The notes under the pieces: generated by a model
What the model saw: the letters and a program-made list of their open reading frames with translations, nothing else
The model's database searches: none
What the model was told of the DNA's origin: nothing
Source of the DNA: Octopus bimaculoides
Taxonomy: Eukaryota
Direction of reading: 5' to 3'
Assembly: GCF_001194135.2 (NCBI RefSeq)
Contig: NC_068982.1
Span: 41,106,319 to 41,170,318, forward strand
DNA: 64,000 bases
Translations under genes and position numbers: made by a program
Shown: piece by piece, positions 13,946-28,752 of the stretch
Layout of the letters: every line of letters starts with the position of its first letter
Position numbering within the stretch: the stretch's first letter is position 1

Positions 13946-15109
13946 CCTAAGCTACTCCTGTACCTATTGCTAACTATTTTGATTAGTTACAAAGGCAGTT
14001 TTGTTGAAGATGTTCACTCACTTTTTTTATGTCATCCCAGGCTATTCTTCATTATCTTCAATATCTGCTTTCCCATTTTGGCATAGGTTAGGCAGGACTT
14101 TCTGAAGCTGTATTTTATGGTTGGATGCCCTTTAAAGCATCAACCCTTTTAGCTGCTTCTTACAATTTGCAAGGAAACAGTGTATCTATTCTAAAAGCTA
14201 TGATACATGTTAACTACAATGAAAGGTAAAAAATAACTTTACTTCTTCTTTACTAACTTCATTTCAAACTTTTTAGGCTGAAGAATAAGTATCCCCACCA
14301 CCACCACCACCACTAGCATAATTGCATAAAGGAGAAATTCCCGTTTCTAAATATCTCAAAATTTACTTTAGGGACTTGACTATATTCTGTAAGATCCTTG
14401 AGGAAGCAGAAGTTTATTTGAAGGAAAAAAAAAATAGAGACAGATATGTGCACATTTAACCAACATATACATATGCAATGTCCAATAAATACACACACAC
14501 ATCATGCTCATCATGCTCACTCTAAAAGAGACACACACACTCCCATGCTTGTAGACACATATGCGTACTCACTTCAAGAGACACTTATACAAGATCTGTC
14601 TTGCAGACACATACATAGACACACACAACAACAGTATATTTCAACACTAGAAATACATTTGTGTGTTAATTTGAAAGCCTCGTCTTCATTGCTATTTCCA
14701 TTATTAGATATGCTTAATTCTATACAGTCATCATCACTAGCATAATCACCTAATCACCATGACAGTTCTATTGATGCTGTTGAGAACATCAAGTTACAAT
14801 TCCTGTTTTATATTGTACCCACCCAGTTTTTGTATTCAATAAAATTGCACCAATTATGATAATGGTACATAAGATTCAGATAACGGTACATGAGCATCAG
14901 ATTTATAGAAAATTTTAAAATGTTGTCAATGGTCTTGGGAAAAGCATCAATGGAACAAATGGCTTTAGTTCCATTTGAGAGGTAAAACCAGACTACAGGC
15001 TTCATTCATCAATGACTTGGTGCCATTATGTAACAGCAAAGTGACTCAAAATTAATCAGTGTGTCATTTCTGGGTAGAAACTTCATAAGTGCATGATAGG
15101 TAGATTCCA

Positions 15110-15300
15110 CAGATAATCATCATCATTGTTTCATTGTTTCAATTTCTCTATGCTGCTATGGGTTTGTCAGGTTTTCAGTATGATGAATTACCATTTTCCT
15201 CTATTCTATAACATTTTGTCTGAGAAGCTACATATTCTCATATCAGTCTGCGCCACTTCTTCCCATGCTTTCTTTGATCTGCTTCTGCTATAGATGCCAT
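15110..15300 (-). mobile_element. Old RTE C-terminal and 3' fragment
   Basis: Minus strand RSRSKKAWEEVAQTDMRICSF (cf. GRPKKTWEEVV..DL), followed by a decayed (GAT)n tail. Confidence 0.5.
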
Positions 15301-16545
15301 TAACTCTCAGTTCATTTCACTTTTTCACTCAGCAGGTTATCATCTGTTCACATTATATGTTCATACCACTGCAGTCACATCTCTTGTACAGTAGATAAAA
15401 TACATCATATATAAATAAAGGAGGTAATTCAAAAAATATAGAGAGAGAGAGAAATGTTACTAAAATATTAATTTCTGACACAAGCATAAAACTAGAAATT
15501 TGGTGGGAAAGAACATTAGATATATCAACCCTAATACTTAACTGGTATTGTATTTTAACAGTCCCAGAGGGATGAAAGCAGTTGTAAATAAATCTTTGTT
15601 AATGATTGGCAGAGTTATTAAAACATCAGACAAAATACTTTGCGGCATTTATTCCAGTTTCTTGCATTCTGAGTTCAAATCCCACAGAGGTCAACTTTTG
15701 ATTTTCTTCCCACAGGAGTCAATAAATAAAATGCCAGTCTAGGACTGAATAATGGACTTGCATAATCACTAGAGTATATAAGGATGTTTTGCAGTATTTG
15801 TTCCAGTTCTTTGCATTCCAAGTTCAAATTCTGTACTGACCTAGTTGGATGGCAAACTTAATCTATCAGCTGGTTTAATATAACCTGATCCTTAGGTGCC
15901 TTTAGTAATGCCCCCATGGTTATATTTCTTAAGGATACTTTCCACCCTTCTACTCATAAACAAAAACCCTGAAAAATATCATGGTAATAGCCTTCTCTCT
16001 CACTAAGCAGTAAAAAAAACAAAGAAGGATAAATGAGCTAACAACTTAGAATTATGAGTGATTATTGTAATTCTTCCAGTGGGGTTTATGACAATAGTTG
16101 ACTTCATATATTCTGGGCTATAGCTCTTTCAGACTAACCAAAGCAAATCACCCAAATGTTATAAACACAAAGATATGAAAGAAAATTTGTGTTAAGGTAG
16201 ACATATCAGTCTTATCTAAGAGGGGGGGGGGAATCATTAAACTATGAAAAATCCAAAAATTAAAACTAGCAAAATGTGAGGAATAAGAGTATAAACTATA
16301 ACTGATTATTCTTTTATCTCATTGTCCAAAGGAAGGAAGCAATACATATAGTCTTTGTAGGCCTTCCAGACTGGTGAGGTTGATATGATTGATATTAAAT
16401 TTGAATTTCTGTAAGTTGGTGTTGCCTAACTCCAAATCAATCCTGATAAGGCAGACCAATGATCAAAAGCATTCTATCCACAACTTCCTTGTCTTTTGTG
16501 GCAAATGTGGCTAAAACTACACTATCCAGTGTGTTTTTTCCTTAT

Positions 16546-16775
16546 TTAACCTTTTTGTTACCATATTTCTGTTGAGATGCTCTGTTTTTCTTTCAATTAA
16601 TTTTAAATATAACAAAGAGTTTAGTAAAATCACTTAGTTATTATTAAGCTAGTGTTAGGAACATGAATTGTGACTAAGGTTTGGTGGAAGATTTTAATTT
16701 AGAACTTTTGAAAACAAGACATTTGTACTATAGAGCCAGAGACGGTTTCAGGCGGGTTGGTATTAAAAGGGCTAA
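16546..16775 (+). mobile_element. MITE family 2: TTAA-flanked, CCCTTTT..AAAAGGG ends, inserted in an older dispersed repeat
   Basis: TTAACCTTTTTGTTACC...GGTATTAAAAGGGCTAA. Homologous copies at 38564-38788 (+) and 20754-20978 (-). Confidence 0.72.
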
Positions 16776-17962
16776 AATGGTAGGGTGTAATTTGAGAGAG
16801 AATTAGCTCCCTTGTTGGTTAAAATTTCTATAGGTTAATTCCTGTCACCAAGGTTTGGAGGTTGGGAGGGAAACCTAAAAGAGGCAGAATTGAGAAACGT
16901 TTTAGTATGGAAAGAAAACTTAGATATGTACATAGTCTACCTGGTTCGGTGATAAAACATATAACATGAATTAAACAGGTAAAATCAAATAAGATTCACA
17001 ATATTTCATACAAACTAAAATTAACACTACTAGACACAACATACTTTATGCATGACCCTTTCAGTAGTATTGCACAAACCCCACAGCACATATTCAATGA
17101 GAGTCGTTATTCACTTACAACATCAGATTTAGTAACACAACAAATAACAAGGGAGTCATACTACCTGTTTAGCAGTAATCTAATTTGCAACAATAAAACC
17201 ATGCCATAAGCACTAAGAAATACAGCTATCTGCTTGGTTTTGCTGTGAAAAGCTTGCCTTAAAAATAGCAACAACAAAAAATACAGTTTCATTATGTATG
17301 ACCAAGGTTTGCAAAGAGGTTTAGTCAACTTCCAGTATTTATTTTATCAACTCTGAAAGAATAGAAAGGAAATTTAAACTTGTCAGCATTTGAACTCAGA
17401 ATTTAGAGATGTGTACTCTTCAGTCTTGCCAAAGATAATACAACCTCTATACAACTCTGTAAGCTGGCTGGCATTAGGAAGTTCTTCCTTTTGTAGAAAC
17501 CGTGTCAAAAATGGAATGTATGAGATATAATTCTCAGCTTGTCTAAAAGAGCAGTAACACCAAATAAGAACTTGACTTGAAATATAATGAACCCTCCCAC
17601 TCCTGCCAGCTTGGAAAGTGAATGGAAATTGATGATGATGTAGCTAAATGACATATACCATTTACTATAGTATTGTACTGTTCCTGACTCTACCATCATC
17701 AATTTAATGTTCACTTTTCTGTGCTTGCTTAGGTCAGTCAGATTGAATTCATTGAGGTAAATTTGCAAATTTTTCCTTCAGCCAAATACCTTTCTTGTCA
17801 CCAATCTTCACTTGTTTCCAAGTAAGGTAATATTTTCCCATGGACATGTTTTCATGGAAGTTTGGAAACTCAAGACACTACTTGGATAGTAGTGTTCATT
17901 TATAACTATCACAGCATGTCAAGACAAGAGAACACATACATGCAAACCCATGCGCGAGCGCG

Positions 17963-18011
<49 letters not shown>

Positions 18012-18159
18012 CAGGCTTCTTTTGGTTTGGTCAACCTAGGACTATAGTTGAAAAATCTTACCCAAGTACCATGCAGTGAGATTGAACTTGAAGCCATGTA
18101 GTAGGAAAATGTACTTCTTAAAGTGTACTTCTTAACCATACAACAACAATAATAATAAT

Positions 18160-18815
18160 CCTTTCTACTATAGGCACAAGACCTGAAATTTTGAGGGAGG
18201 AGCCTAGTCAGTTACATCGGCCCCAGTGTTGAACTGGTACTTAATTTATCAACCCCCAAAAGGATCAAAATCAAATTCAACCTCGGAATTTGAACTCAGA
18301 ACATAGCAAAGGGCGAAATATGGCTAAGCAATTTGCCTGGTGTGCTAATGATTCTGCCAGCTCAATAATAATAATAATAATAATCCTTTCTACTAAAGGC
18401 ATAAGGCCTGAAATTTGGTGGGAGAAGACTAGTCAATTACACTGACGCCAGTGTTTCACTGGTACTTAATTTATTGACCCCAAAAGGATGAAAGGCAAAG
18501 TCAACTTCAGTGGAATTTGAACTCAGAACATAGTGGCAGGCAAAATACTGCTAATCATTTCGTCCATCATGCTAATAGTTCTGCCAGCATGCTGCCTTAA
18601 TAATAATAATAATAATAATAATATTAATAATAATAATATAATAACAGTAGTAGTAGTAGTAGTAGTGATCAGTGATGACAACAAAGATTTCTAACATAGG
18701 CACAAGGCCACCAATTTTGGGAGAAGGATTCTTTACTTTATCAACACTCCTACACCCATCTTGATGGATGAAAGGCAAAGTTGACCTTGGTATAGGATTT
18801 GAACATAAAAGGCTA
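18160..18815 (-). mobile_element. Three tandem family B SINEs separated by (AAT)n
   Basis: Copies at ~18160-18363, 18385-18598 and 18688-18815, all in the same orientation. Confidence 0.8.
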
Positions 18816-20296
18816 CTAGTGTGATGATGATGATAATAATAATAATAATAATTCTCTGGCTAAGTAATTTAAAGTGAAACCTTAAATTGCTTGAGAAAAA
18901 TTTCTTGTAGTAGAGCATAGCAACTAGTAACCAACTAATTACATTACTGTCAGAAATATTTAAAAAGAAATTAATCCTTGATTATTTCTTTTGTTCTCAA
19001 AATATTTTCAACATTTGATGTTTTTAATGGCTAAAATATAAAGCAATTATTGCCACTGCTGTCTGACTATAACCAATTTAGCAATTTCTAAATCAATTTA
19101 ATTAGAAAACATTTCCTTTTTAAACTAAATTAAATTCTGTTTTAAAGAGATTTTTCAGAATTTTATACTTTGATATTTTCAGTGAAGAATTTTTCTTAAG
19201 ACTTAGATTTGATATTTGATAATCATAAAAAGAAGTAGTAATAGAAATAACAACTGTTTGTGCTGAATTTTTGTGGGAGGTTTCCATTCATAATTGCCTT
19301 CTTTTCATTCAAAGTTTCTACTCAAGTTTGTTGGGAATAGGTAGTATTTAATGCTAAGCTTCCTAAGACGTTTGCCTCTGGTGCAAAGAAAACCATAATA
19401 ATCCCAGTTGGCTAGTGAATATTTCCTTGTGTTTTCAGTTTATTTATACATTAACTAAATAACAATGTGCGCTTTTGATTCTCTCTTGAGAATGTAAGGG
19501 GTGTTATTGTTAGCATATTTGGAATGCTTGTTTGCTATATAATCCACATGGGAGAGCAAGTATAAATGATTTTAGTATCATAAATATCAAGCCATTAAAA
19601 GAAAAATTGTTTCAAAGAAAACAGTGTTTAAAAAACTGACCCATTTTCTTATAAATGAATGTTATTTACTGTCAGGCTGTTTTGACTCAAAAATTAGGAT
19701 TAAAATTTTTTCATCTTTCATTTATGTTTGTTTCATTTGGGATGGTCCTTAACATTTCTAATAACTTCCATTTTATATATGTAAAGTTTGTTGTTGGTAA
19801 GTTGGCTGGGTCATTCCAACTGTCTTCACTTTGAGTTCAAATCGTAGCATTGTCAAATTTGCCTTACATTTTTTTTTTCCTTTTTGTGCGTGAGGTCAAA
19901 AAATAAAGTACCCGTCCAGTATTGAGGTTGATTCTTTCTTATCTCCCTCCCTTTCTCACTCTCCCAGGAAAAAATCAGTTGTTTTCAAACCTGGAGAGAG
20001 ACTGGTTCCACTAAGTTTAAAATTCTCAAGGCAATGCTTTTTGTCTACTTAATACCCCTACAACTCCATAAGAAGTAAAATGGCCTAAGGAAGAAGAAAG
20101 TGATGTAACATATGTGTGAGTGTATCATCATTGCCATCATTCTAATTAATATAACATCTATTGCAATCAGGAGCAGACAGGTTATCTTAATTAGATTCAC
20201 ACTAAAGACCAGTGACCCATATATATTAAGATTATAAATGTTCACTCCATAGATAAAGAAAAACAATGTTTGATATATATTGATATATATATTGAT

Positions 20297-20345
<49 letters not shown>

Positions 20346-20753
20346 TAAAGCTTACACATTCTTATAAGCATAAATAAAATAACAAAAAATATTTACAAGA
20401 TGCAAAATATATTTTTGATTAAATTATGGCTCACATATCTGGGGCAGTACACCAATTATACAATGTACTGTGTGGACCACTGCCAATAACATATTTAACT
20501 ACCTGATTGGCAAGCCTTTACTTAGCAACACACTCATACACTATTAAAGCAGTTTCTGTCACCTTTTACTATGAAAGTGTTTTCTTCACTGAACTTGTAC
20601 ATTGTTTATTACCTACATTCGTTGGGATGTAGCAATTATATCATAAGAGAGGGTATAACTGTGTTGATACTTTGACTGGAACAAACAACACTAACATAAA
20701 GATTAAATATAGTAGGAATGGGGGGACAGCACTGGTTGTTGTTTACTCCTAAG

Positions 20754-20978
20754 TTAACCCTTTTAGCATCAACCCACCGTACCTGATTTTTTAATGATAC
20801 AAACATCGTGTTTTAAAGTGATATAAAATTAAAATTTCCCATCAGAATTTCATGTCAATATATGTTCTAAACATCAGTTTAATAATGAGTTATTTTACTA
20901 TAGTCTTCATTATTTTCAAAATTAATTGAAATGAAGGTAGTGTATTCCAACAGAAATATGATTTAAAAAATGGGCTAA
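20754..20978 (-). mobile_element. MITE family 2 copy
   Basis: Reverse complement of the 16546 and 38564 copies; TTAACCCTTTT start. Confidence 0.68.
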
Positions 20979-21984
20979 AACTGGTTAACTCAATTGTCTT
21001 GATTTAAGTTGATGATTTCAAATCTGAAATAACATATTTAAAATTACCTTAGGTTTAAAGTTATAGACTACAACTTACAATATCTATTTTGACGATGAAA
21101 GCATGAATAAGGTAAGGAAACCCTTGATTCTGAATCATTGTAGATTGGACATCTAAATGTAAGATCAAGATAACATCTAAAGTTCAGAATTGAACAAATG
21201 AAATCATGGACACAGAAACCTAAAATGGTCCAATTCAACATCACCATCATCATCATTCAATGTCTGCTTTTCCATGTTTGCATGGATCAGGCAGAATTTG
21301 TTGAGACATTTTCTATAACTAGATGCCTTTCCTGTCACCAACCTTCACCTTGTTTCCTAGCAAGGTAATATTTCCCCCCATTGCTAGACATGTTCATTTA
21401 CAACCATCACATAGTGTCAGACAAGAACACACACACACACACGATCATCATCATCATTGTTTAATATCCACTTTCCATGCTGGCATGGGTTGGATGGTTT
21501 GACAGGAGCTGGCTGGGCAGAAGATGAGCTTCTTTCAGTTTCTATCTACTAAATCCACTCACAGACTCTTGGCCAGTCCAGGGCTATAGTAGAAGACACT
21601 TGCCCAAGGTGCTGCACTGTGGAACTGAACCCAAAACTGCATGGTTAATTAGGAAGCTGGCTTCTCAACCACACAGCCATGCCTGTGCCTATGATTTACT
21701 AGCAGCACACTGATGGTAAATTCTTGTTGTACTTTATGACTACTTCTTTATGAAACTAATATAATATTTCTGATTACAACTCCAGACTAAATGAATAAAA
21801 ATGTTTTCGGGCTTTTCCATTGCACTGTCATGGAAATCTTCTAGTTATCAACAGCTACCATCATTTATTTATCTTTCATACAGAATAGATAAAATAGGGA
21901 AAAAATACTTTATTTTTAGATTACCAACTATTTGGCTTGCTTAGTCATCGTCGTCATCATCATCATCATTGCTATTATTATTCA

Positions 21985-22188
21985 TGCTGCCAGAATCATT
22001 AGTGCGTCAGAGAAATTGCCTTGTAGTATTTCTTCCAGCTTTTTACATTCTGAGTTCAAATCCTGCCTGAGTCAACTTTGCCTTTCATCCCTCCAAGACC
22101 AATAAATTACCAGTCAAAAACTGGAGTTAGCAGTGAAGACTAATGCTCTCTCCTCAAAATTGCTGACCTTGTGCTAAAATTAGCAAGA

Positions 22189-22220
<32 letters not shown>

Positions 22221-22657
22221 AGCAGCTAGCTGGCAGAATCATTAGCATGCTGGGCAAAATGCTTAGCAGTATTTCATTCGTCTTTACATTCTGAGTTCAA
22301 ATTCCGCTGAGATCGACTTTATCTTTCATCCTTTCCTGGTCAATAAATTAAGTACCAGTTGAATACTGGGGTTGATATAATTGACTATCCCTGTCCCCCA
22401 AATTTCAGGCCTTGTGCCTATATTAGAAAGTATTATTATTATCATTATTATTAAGGTGGCAAGCTGGCAGAATTGTTAGCACTCTGGACAAAATGCTTAG
22501 TGGCATTTATTCTAGCATTATGTTCTGAGTTCAAATTCTGCTGATGTCAGCTTTGCATTTCATCCTTTCAGAATCAATAAAATAAGTATCAGTTGAGTAC
22601 TGGGGTTGGTGTAATCGACTAGCTCCCCCCTCACCAAATTCCAGATCTTGTGCTTAT
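21985..22657 (+). mobile_element. Three tandem family B SINEs separated by (ATT)n
   Basis: Copies at ~21985-22189, 22220-22430 and 22453-22657. Confidence 0.82.
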
Positions 22658-24670
22658 AATTATTATTAAATTTGCTTCTCAGCCATATGGTTTTTGAGTC
22701 TAATCCTACTGTGTAATGCCTTGAGCAAGTATCATGTGTAGCCCCAAGCTAACCAAAGCTTTGGATGTAGATTTGTTAAACAGACACTGAAAAGAAGCTC
22801 ATCATGCATGTGCAGGCCAATGTATGCTTGAGTGTGTTTGTTTACATCTGGGCTTGTTTATTCAAAAATCTACGACATCAAGCATTGTTGTTGACACTTC
22901 TTTGCCAATAACTCGTCCATTGCTTCATACTTTCAAAGCCATGTGGTTGAGACTAGAAATCCCTTACGTGAAAAACAGGTAAGGGTCTTCCAGCTGTAAA
23001 ACAGTGTCCCATTAACATACCTGTGTAACCTGTGCTGGCATAGAAAAATCATCACCACCATCATCATCATCTCCTATTTGCCTTTCTGTCCCTTTCTCTG
23101 TGTGACTATTGAAACTGTCCTTTTCTACTACTTCTCATTAATTACTCTCTTGCTTCAGAAAGTTGCCTACTGAGTTTGAAAATAAATCTCTCTATATATC
23201 TTCTTTTTTTTTTTTTTTTTCTGAGTACCAATTCAACATGTTATTTGGTAATGGCATTCATTAATTTATAACTAGGCTACGTGACTAAATTACTCCCTGG
23301 AAAAACCAGATTCTCTTATATATTAAGCACAACATTTTCCAGTGTCTTCTCTTTTCTTTTCTTTTTCCTGATTTATACAGGCACAGGTGTGGCAGTGTGG
23401 TTAGGAAGTTTCCTTCCCAACCACATGGTTTCAAGTTCAGTCCCATTGCATGGCGTCTCAGGCTAGTGTCTCCTACTATAGCTCTGAACTGACCAGTGTC
23501 TTGCAAGTGAATTTGGCAAACAGAAACTGAAAGAAGCCTGTCATGTGTGTGCACATGTATGTGTGTTCTCTTTCTAATTAGAGTAAATTAGAGTAAACAA
23601 GTGAGGATTAGCAACAGGAAGGCATCCAGAGCTAAAAAGTCTATATCAATAAACTATATCCGACCCAAGCAAGCATGGAAAAGTGGGTGCTTATTCAATG
23701 ATGATGATGTTATCCCCTTTGTAGTGTAAACTTCTATAATAATACTCGTGTCTTTCTCTGTCACAACATATGAATCATAAAGAAAGGGGTGATAGATGAA
23801 TAAGGAAGGAAGGGGTGGTGACAAACTCAGTAGTGCGATGATGGAAGTTCTACGGTGAAGAAAAAAAAATCAAACAGCGTTTCAACTCTGTGTGAGTATA
23901 TGTGTGTGTGTGTACAAGGGAAGTATTTTTGTATCCATGGTTATTATGTACCTTATTTATATATAAAATACTATAATTAACTGTCATTTTTGATGGCACA
24001 GTGGCCAGCTAGTTACTTTATAGTATTTGAGTGGCTGCTTTCTGAAGTTTCTCTTTTTTCTTCTGCTCATTTGGTTGTCAGCCTCCTATGAAACCCAATT
24101 TCCATTGATCTGAATATCATAACATCTAAGCATTGAGGCTAGTGAGCTGTTATTGTTTAACCTCAAGGTAGCCCTAATCAAACAGATCTATGATCTTCAG
24201 AATTCCAGCCATGACCATCCATATTTTTCCTTGGGTATTGAGTATCTGTATCAAAAATTCCATTGTTGGTATGTTTAGTGGCTTGTGTTCTGTGAGAGTG
24301 TAGATTGCTCGCTTTATCATGTTGGCGTGGGTTGTGAAAAATCTGATACTCTGCTTCCTTTCAATCCCAATTTCATGACCTCCTACTGAGATTGAGTCAT
24401 GTGGGCCTAACAAGCAATTTAGCTGGCAGATATAGATGTTAGCAGATTAACAAAAATGCTAATTACAATGTTGATGAATTCTTTTTATAACACATACATG
24501 CATATAGATACAAACATATGTATGCATGTGTGTGTGTATTCATACATACATAAATACACATATATATATATTTATACAGACATATATATACATATATATC
24601 TTTAAATTGTTTCAGTTTCAAAGCTGTGGCCACACTGGGGCACCATATACATGTATGTTCATATACATGC

Positions 24671-24709
<39 letters not shown>

Positions 24710-24731
24710 TATACATGTATATATATATATT

Positions 24732-24765
<34 letters not shown>

Positions 24766-25513
24766 TATACATGCATATATATATATATATACACACACAC
24801 GCACACATTCAAATTAATAAGATAGTTTCGTTGAGAAAGAAAAAAAAAACGACTATTTTGACTAGGTGTAAAAGTATAGCTAAAACTACAGAATATTTCC
24901 TGTATAACAGTTCTCTTAATATTAAAACATTGTGTATGTTTTATTTATTTGTTTATTCCTTATTTACATAAGATATTTTCAATAATAACTTGTAAACAGC
25001 TTTAGTGTTCAAAGCAACTAGTTCTGTTTTATTATCATATCAGTATAAAGGCATAGAAACATTGCTGTGTTAGTTTGAAAACCACTATTGATAAATCTAA
25101 TCTATTTTATTTATTCTCTGATTCAATCTTTTTTGATGGTGATAACCGTATTGGACTAACGGAAGTCTATAGTGTTGTATATTAGAATGGTTGTTTTGTC
25201 AGATATTCAGTATGGGAGGCTGGTCTAAAACAGTAAAATAAATACTAGCAGGAAAAGTCTTCTACAGAGTGTATACTGTAGGCTTTATACTTTTGAACAG
25301 GGTACCCGCTATGAAGCTTTTAATAGACTGTGTACATGTTTATCTGATAAACATAACTCCTGTTTTAAAACCCATATCTTCTAACAACGAAGTGATAGAA
25401 TTGTGAAAGCTTCAGTAATTTGGGGTTTTTTTATATTTAAAAAAAAATTTTAATTTAATTTATTTATCTATTTATTTATTTTTAGTTCTAGTAGCTTTCA
25501 ATTGAAATACATT

Positions 25514-25868
25514 GCAGGCATCATTGTGTGGTAAGAAGCTTACTTCCCAACCACATGGTTTCTCAAGTTCAGTCCCACTGCATGTTACCTTGGGTAAATA
25601 AATGTCTTGTACTATAGCTCCAGGCTGACCAGTGCCTTGTGAGTGGATATGGTAGATGGAAACTGAAAGAAGCCCATCATGTGTGTGTGTGTGTGTTTGC
25701 GTTCATCCCCTACCACTGCTTGACAACCAGTAAAAGGGACCAGTAGAATAAATATCAGGCTTTAAAAAAAAGTAAGTAGTGGGGTTGATTTGTCCAACTA
25801 AATTCTTCGAGGTGGTGGCCCAGCATGGCTGCAGCCCAGTTACTAAAATAAGTAACAGATAAAGGATA
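25514..25868 (+). mobile_element. SINE family A, full-length, Nin-like tail
   Basis: A-box-like tgtgtggtaagaag and B-box-like aagttcagtccc, then (TG)n, then gtagaataa..ggggttgatttg..ccagcatggctgcag. Confidence 0.8.
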
Positions 25869-26444
25869 CATAATCTAAATTAACACCTGTCTCAAAAATC
25901 TTAATTACTAGCACTTTTTTTTCCCTAATTTCTATTAATAATTGCTCCCCTGCAAAAAATTATTTCTCCACATGTCTTGCATATTGTTTATAATACTCTG
26001 AGGTGTATCTCTGTAATCTCCATTTTTAATATCAGCTTATCTAAAATGCTTCCTGTTGCCTTATCTGCTAACACTAAGGTTTTAATATTAATTTAATCCC
26101 AAACTAAACCACTATGTGCTTCCAGAAAGCTCATTAATACAAATAAAATATACATTTAATCCGAAATATATTTTTGATAGATTAATAAATCTTCCCTTTT
26201 CTTTCTCCTCCCCCCCTCCTCCATTAATATTATTCTGATAAATATTTTTTCTTTTTTTTTTTTAACAGTTCAATTTTCATTGGAGTCAGTTTTATATTTC
26301 CTTCCTAAGTTCTGGATTGATTTAGTCAACTATGCCTCCCCGTTTTATTATAAAATTGGCTTTCTACTTGTCGCAGTGAAATCAATATTCATTTACAGTA
26401 TTTTCTGGCATGCAAGTCAAATTTACAGAAATGGTAATTTCACA

Positions 26445-26600
26445 GGCATGGCTGTGTAGTAAGAAATTTGCTTCTCAGCCATATAGTTCTGGGTTCAGTA
26501 CCGCTGCACAGCACCTTGGGCAAATGTCTTCAGCTATAGCCCCCAGACCAACCAAAGCCTTGTCAGTAGATTTGATAGACGGAAACTAAAAGAAGCCTGT

Positions 26601-26633
<33 letters not shown>

Positions 26634-26642
26634 ATGTATGTG

Positions 26643-26702
<60 letters not shown>

Positions 26703-26905
26703 CACATCTGTACAGGTGTTTGTGTTTGTCCACTACCACAACCAGTATGTTTTGTTTACGTCCCCATAATTTAGCTGTTCAGCAAAAGAGACTGATAAAA
26801 TAAGGCTCACTCTTCGAAAAAAAATAGATACTGTAGCTAATTTGTTCAACTAAACGTCTCAAGCTGGTGCCCCAGCATGACCACAGTCCAGTGACTGCAA
26901 CAAGT
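26445..26905 (+). mobile_element. SINE family A with an expanded internal (TG)/(TATG)/(TA) microsatellite
   Basis: Head 26445-26600, microsatellite 26600-26705, tail to ~26905. Confidence 0.8.
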
Positions 26906-28752
26906 AGACAGACAGGCACACACACATATACATATGCACACATACATACACACACACACATACATACACACATACATACACACATACATACATACATACA
27001 TGCATTACATACATACCTACCTACCTACATACATACCAATGTGGTGACATTAATGCCAATCTAATTATTTATGAGTCCAATGCTACTGATTTTCTCAGCT
27101 GAACACTTTTTTAATGTGTTTTGCCCAATATAACCAAACCAACAAGTATTGGTGTAAACATTTCTTTTAGGCTTTATTCCACCAACTGACCTTGAAAATG
27201 AACATAAACCAGGTCTATAATAGTAGCAGAAATTTCACACCTCATTAATATAATCTATTCATTAAGTAAAAGAAACACAATAGCCTGAAGATTAAAATTC
27301 TTGAAGACTTATAGTAAAACTAATCTGAATATATAACAAGCAGACTTTGATAGTTGTAAATGGCTGACACAAAGAAAAGCATATGAAAAAATACCTTGAC
27401 GCATTTGTCTGTAATTGTGCTAAAGGTGAAATATAATGTGGCTGGGAATACCAGAACAAATAGTCATAGCTGACTAAAGGGCTAGTTATACACACAGCCT
27501 CTATAAATAGAGCTGAGATCCTAATGATGAGTGTTCACAAACCCATCATCTGATATCCTTCAGTTCAAGTGCTGTAATAATATATTTAAGAAAATCATGG
27601 AACCAATGCCTTATAAATGGATATGGTAGGCACAAACTGAAAGAATCCCATCACATGTGTGCGTGTGTGTGTGCGTGTGTGTGTGTGTGTGTGTGTGCAT
27701 GCATGTGCCTCCTTATCTTAATACAGCATGATAGCTGTGAGTATCACCATCATACAAGGGTGTCGTTTGTTTCCTCTCTGAAAACCTGTCTGGACATGGG
27801 GAAATATTACTTTCCTTGGAAACAAGTGAGGGTTGGCAGCAGGAAAGACATCCAGCTGTGGAAAATCTACCTCATTGAATTCAATCTAACCCATACGAGC
27901 ATGAATAAAGATGGTGATGACAATAACAATGACTCTTTATCAAATATAACTTGACTTTCATAATTCAGCTCTTTAACCAGTCTCAACTGATTCTTAGAAT
28001 AAGAAATATGCTGAAATCATTCCTATGTTCAAATGTATACTAACTTTAATCTCTACTTGTATCGGTCATCGGACTGCAGCCATGCTGGAGCACCAGCTTG
28101 AACAGTTTAGTTGAACAAATCAATCTCAGTACTTTTTTTTAAAGCCTGCTATCTATTCTATTGTTCTAATTTGCCAAACTAAATTATAGGGGACATAAAG
28201 AGACCAACACAGATGTCAAGCAGTAAATCAGAGGTACAATAACAAAGACACACACACAACAGGCTTCCACATTTTCCCTCTCCCAAATTCACTCACATGG
28301 CATCAGTTGACCCAGGGCTATAAAGACACTTGTCCAAATTGCCACACAGTATGACTAAACCTGAAACCTCATGATTGCAAACCTAGCTTCTTAACCACAC
28401 AGCTGTATATAGATAAATTATGAAATTCTTTTGAAACAGTGTTTGTAAAGGCTATCTCATTTGCAGACCACCCAACTACTACTACTAGATAGATGTCAAG
28501 AACTTGTCTGCATTGCCACTTTCCACAAAAATATTTCCCCCAAACTCACCCCTTCTTTAAAATATGAAAGTAGTTTGATAAAAATTGTATGCTGCAAAGT
28601 GGGTCACTTTTTTTAAAAAGATACTAAAGAATAATATACTAAATAAATATACAAGTTGTGTTAAGTGCTGCAATGTCTGTATATTTTATCTTTTACTTGC
28701 TTCAGTCATTGGACTGTAGCCATGTTGGGACACTGCCTTGAAGGGGTTAATC

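Noticed and set aside
24463-24971. Stack of 60-113-aa ORFs ([12 protein letters not shown]); likewise at 26600, 34417-35044, 61449-61869, 62399-63016 and 63585
   Set aside because: They are translations of dinucleotide microsatellites, which lack stop codons in some frames.
25514-25580. tRNA-like A/B boxes (many copies)
   Set aside because: No cloverleaf or acceptor stem forms, and they continue into SINE bodies, so they are SINE heads rather than tRNA genes.
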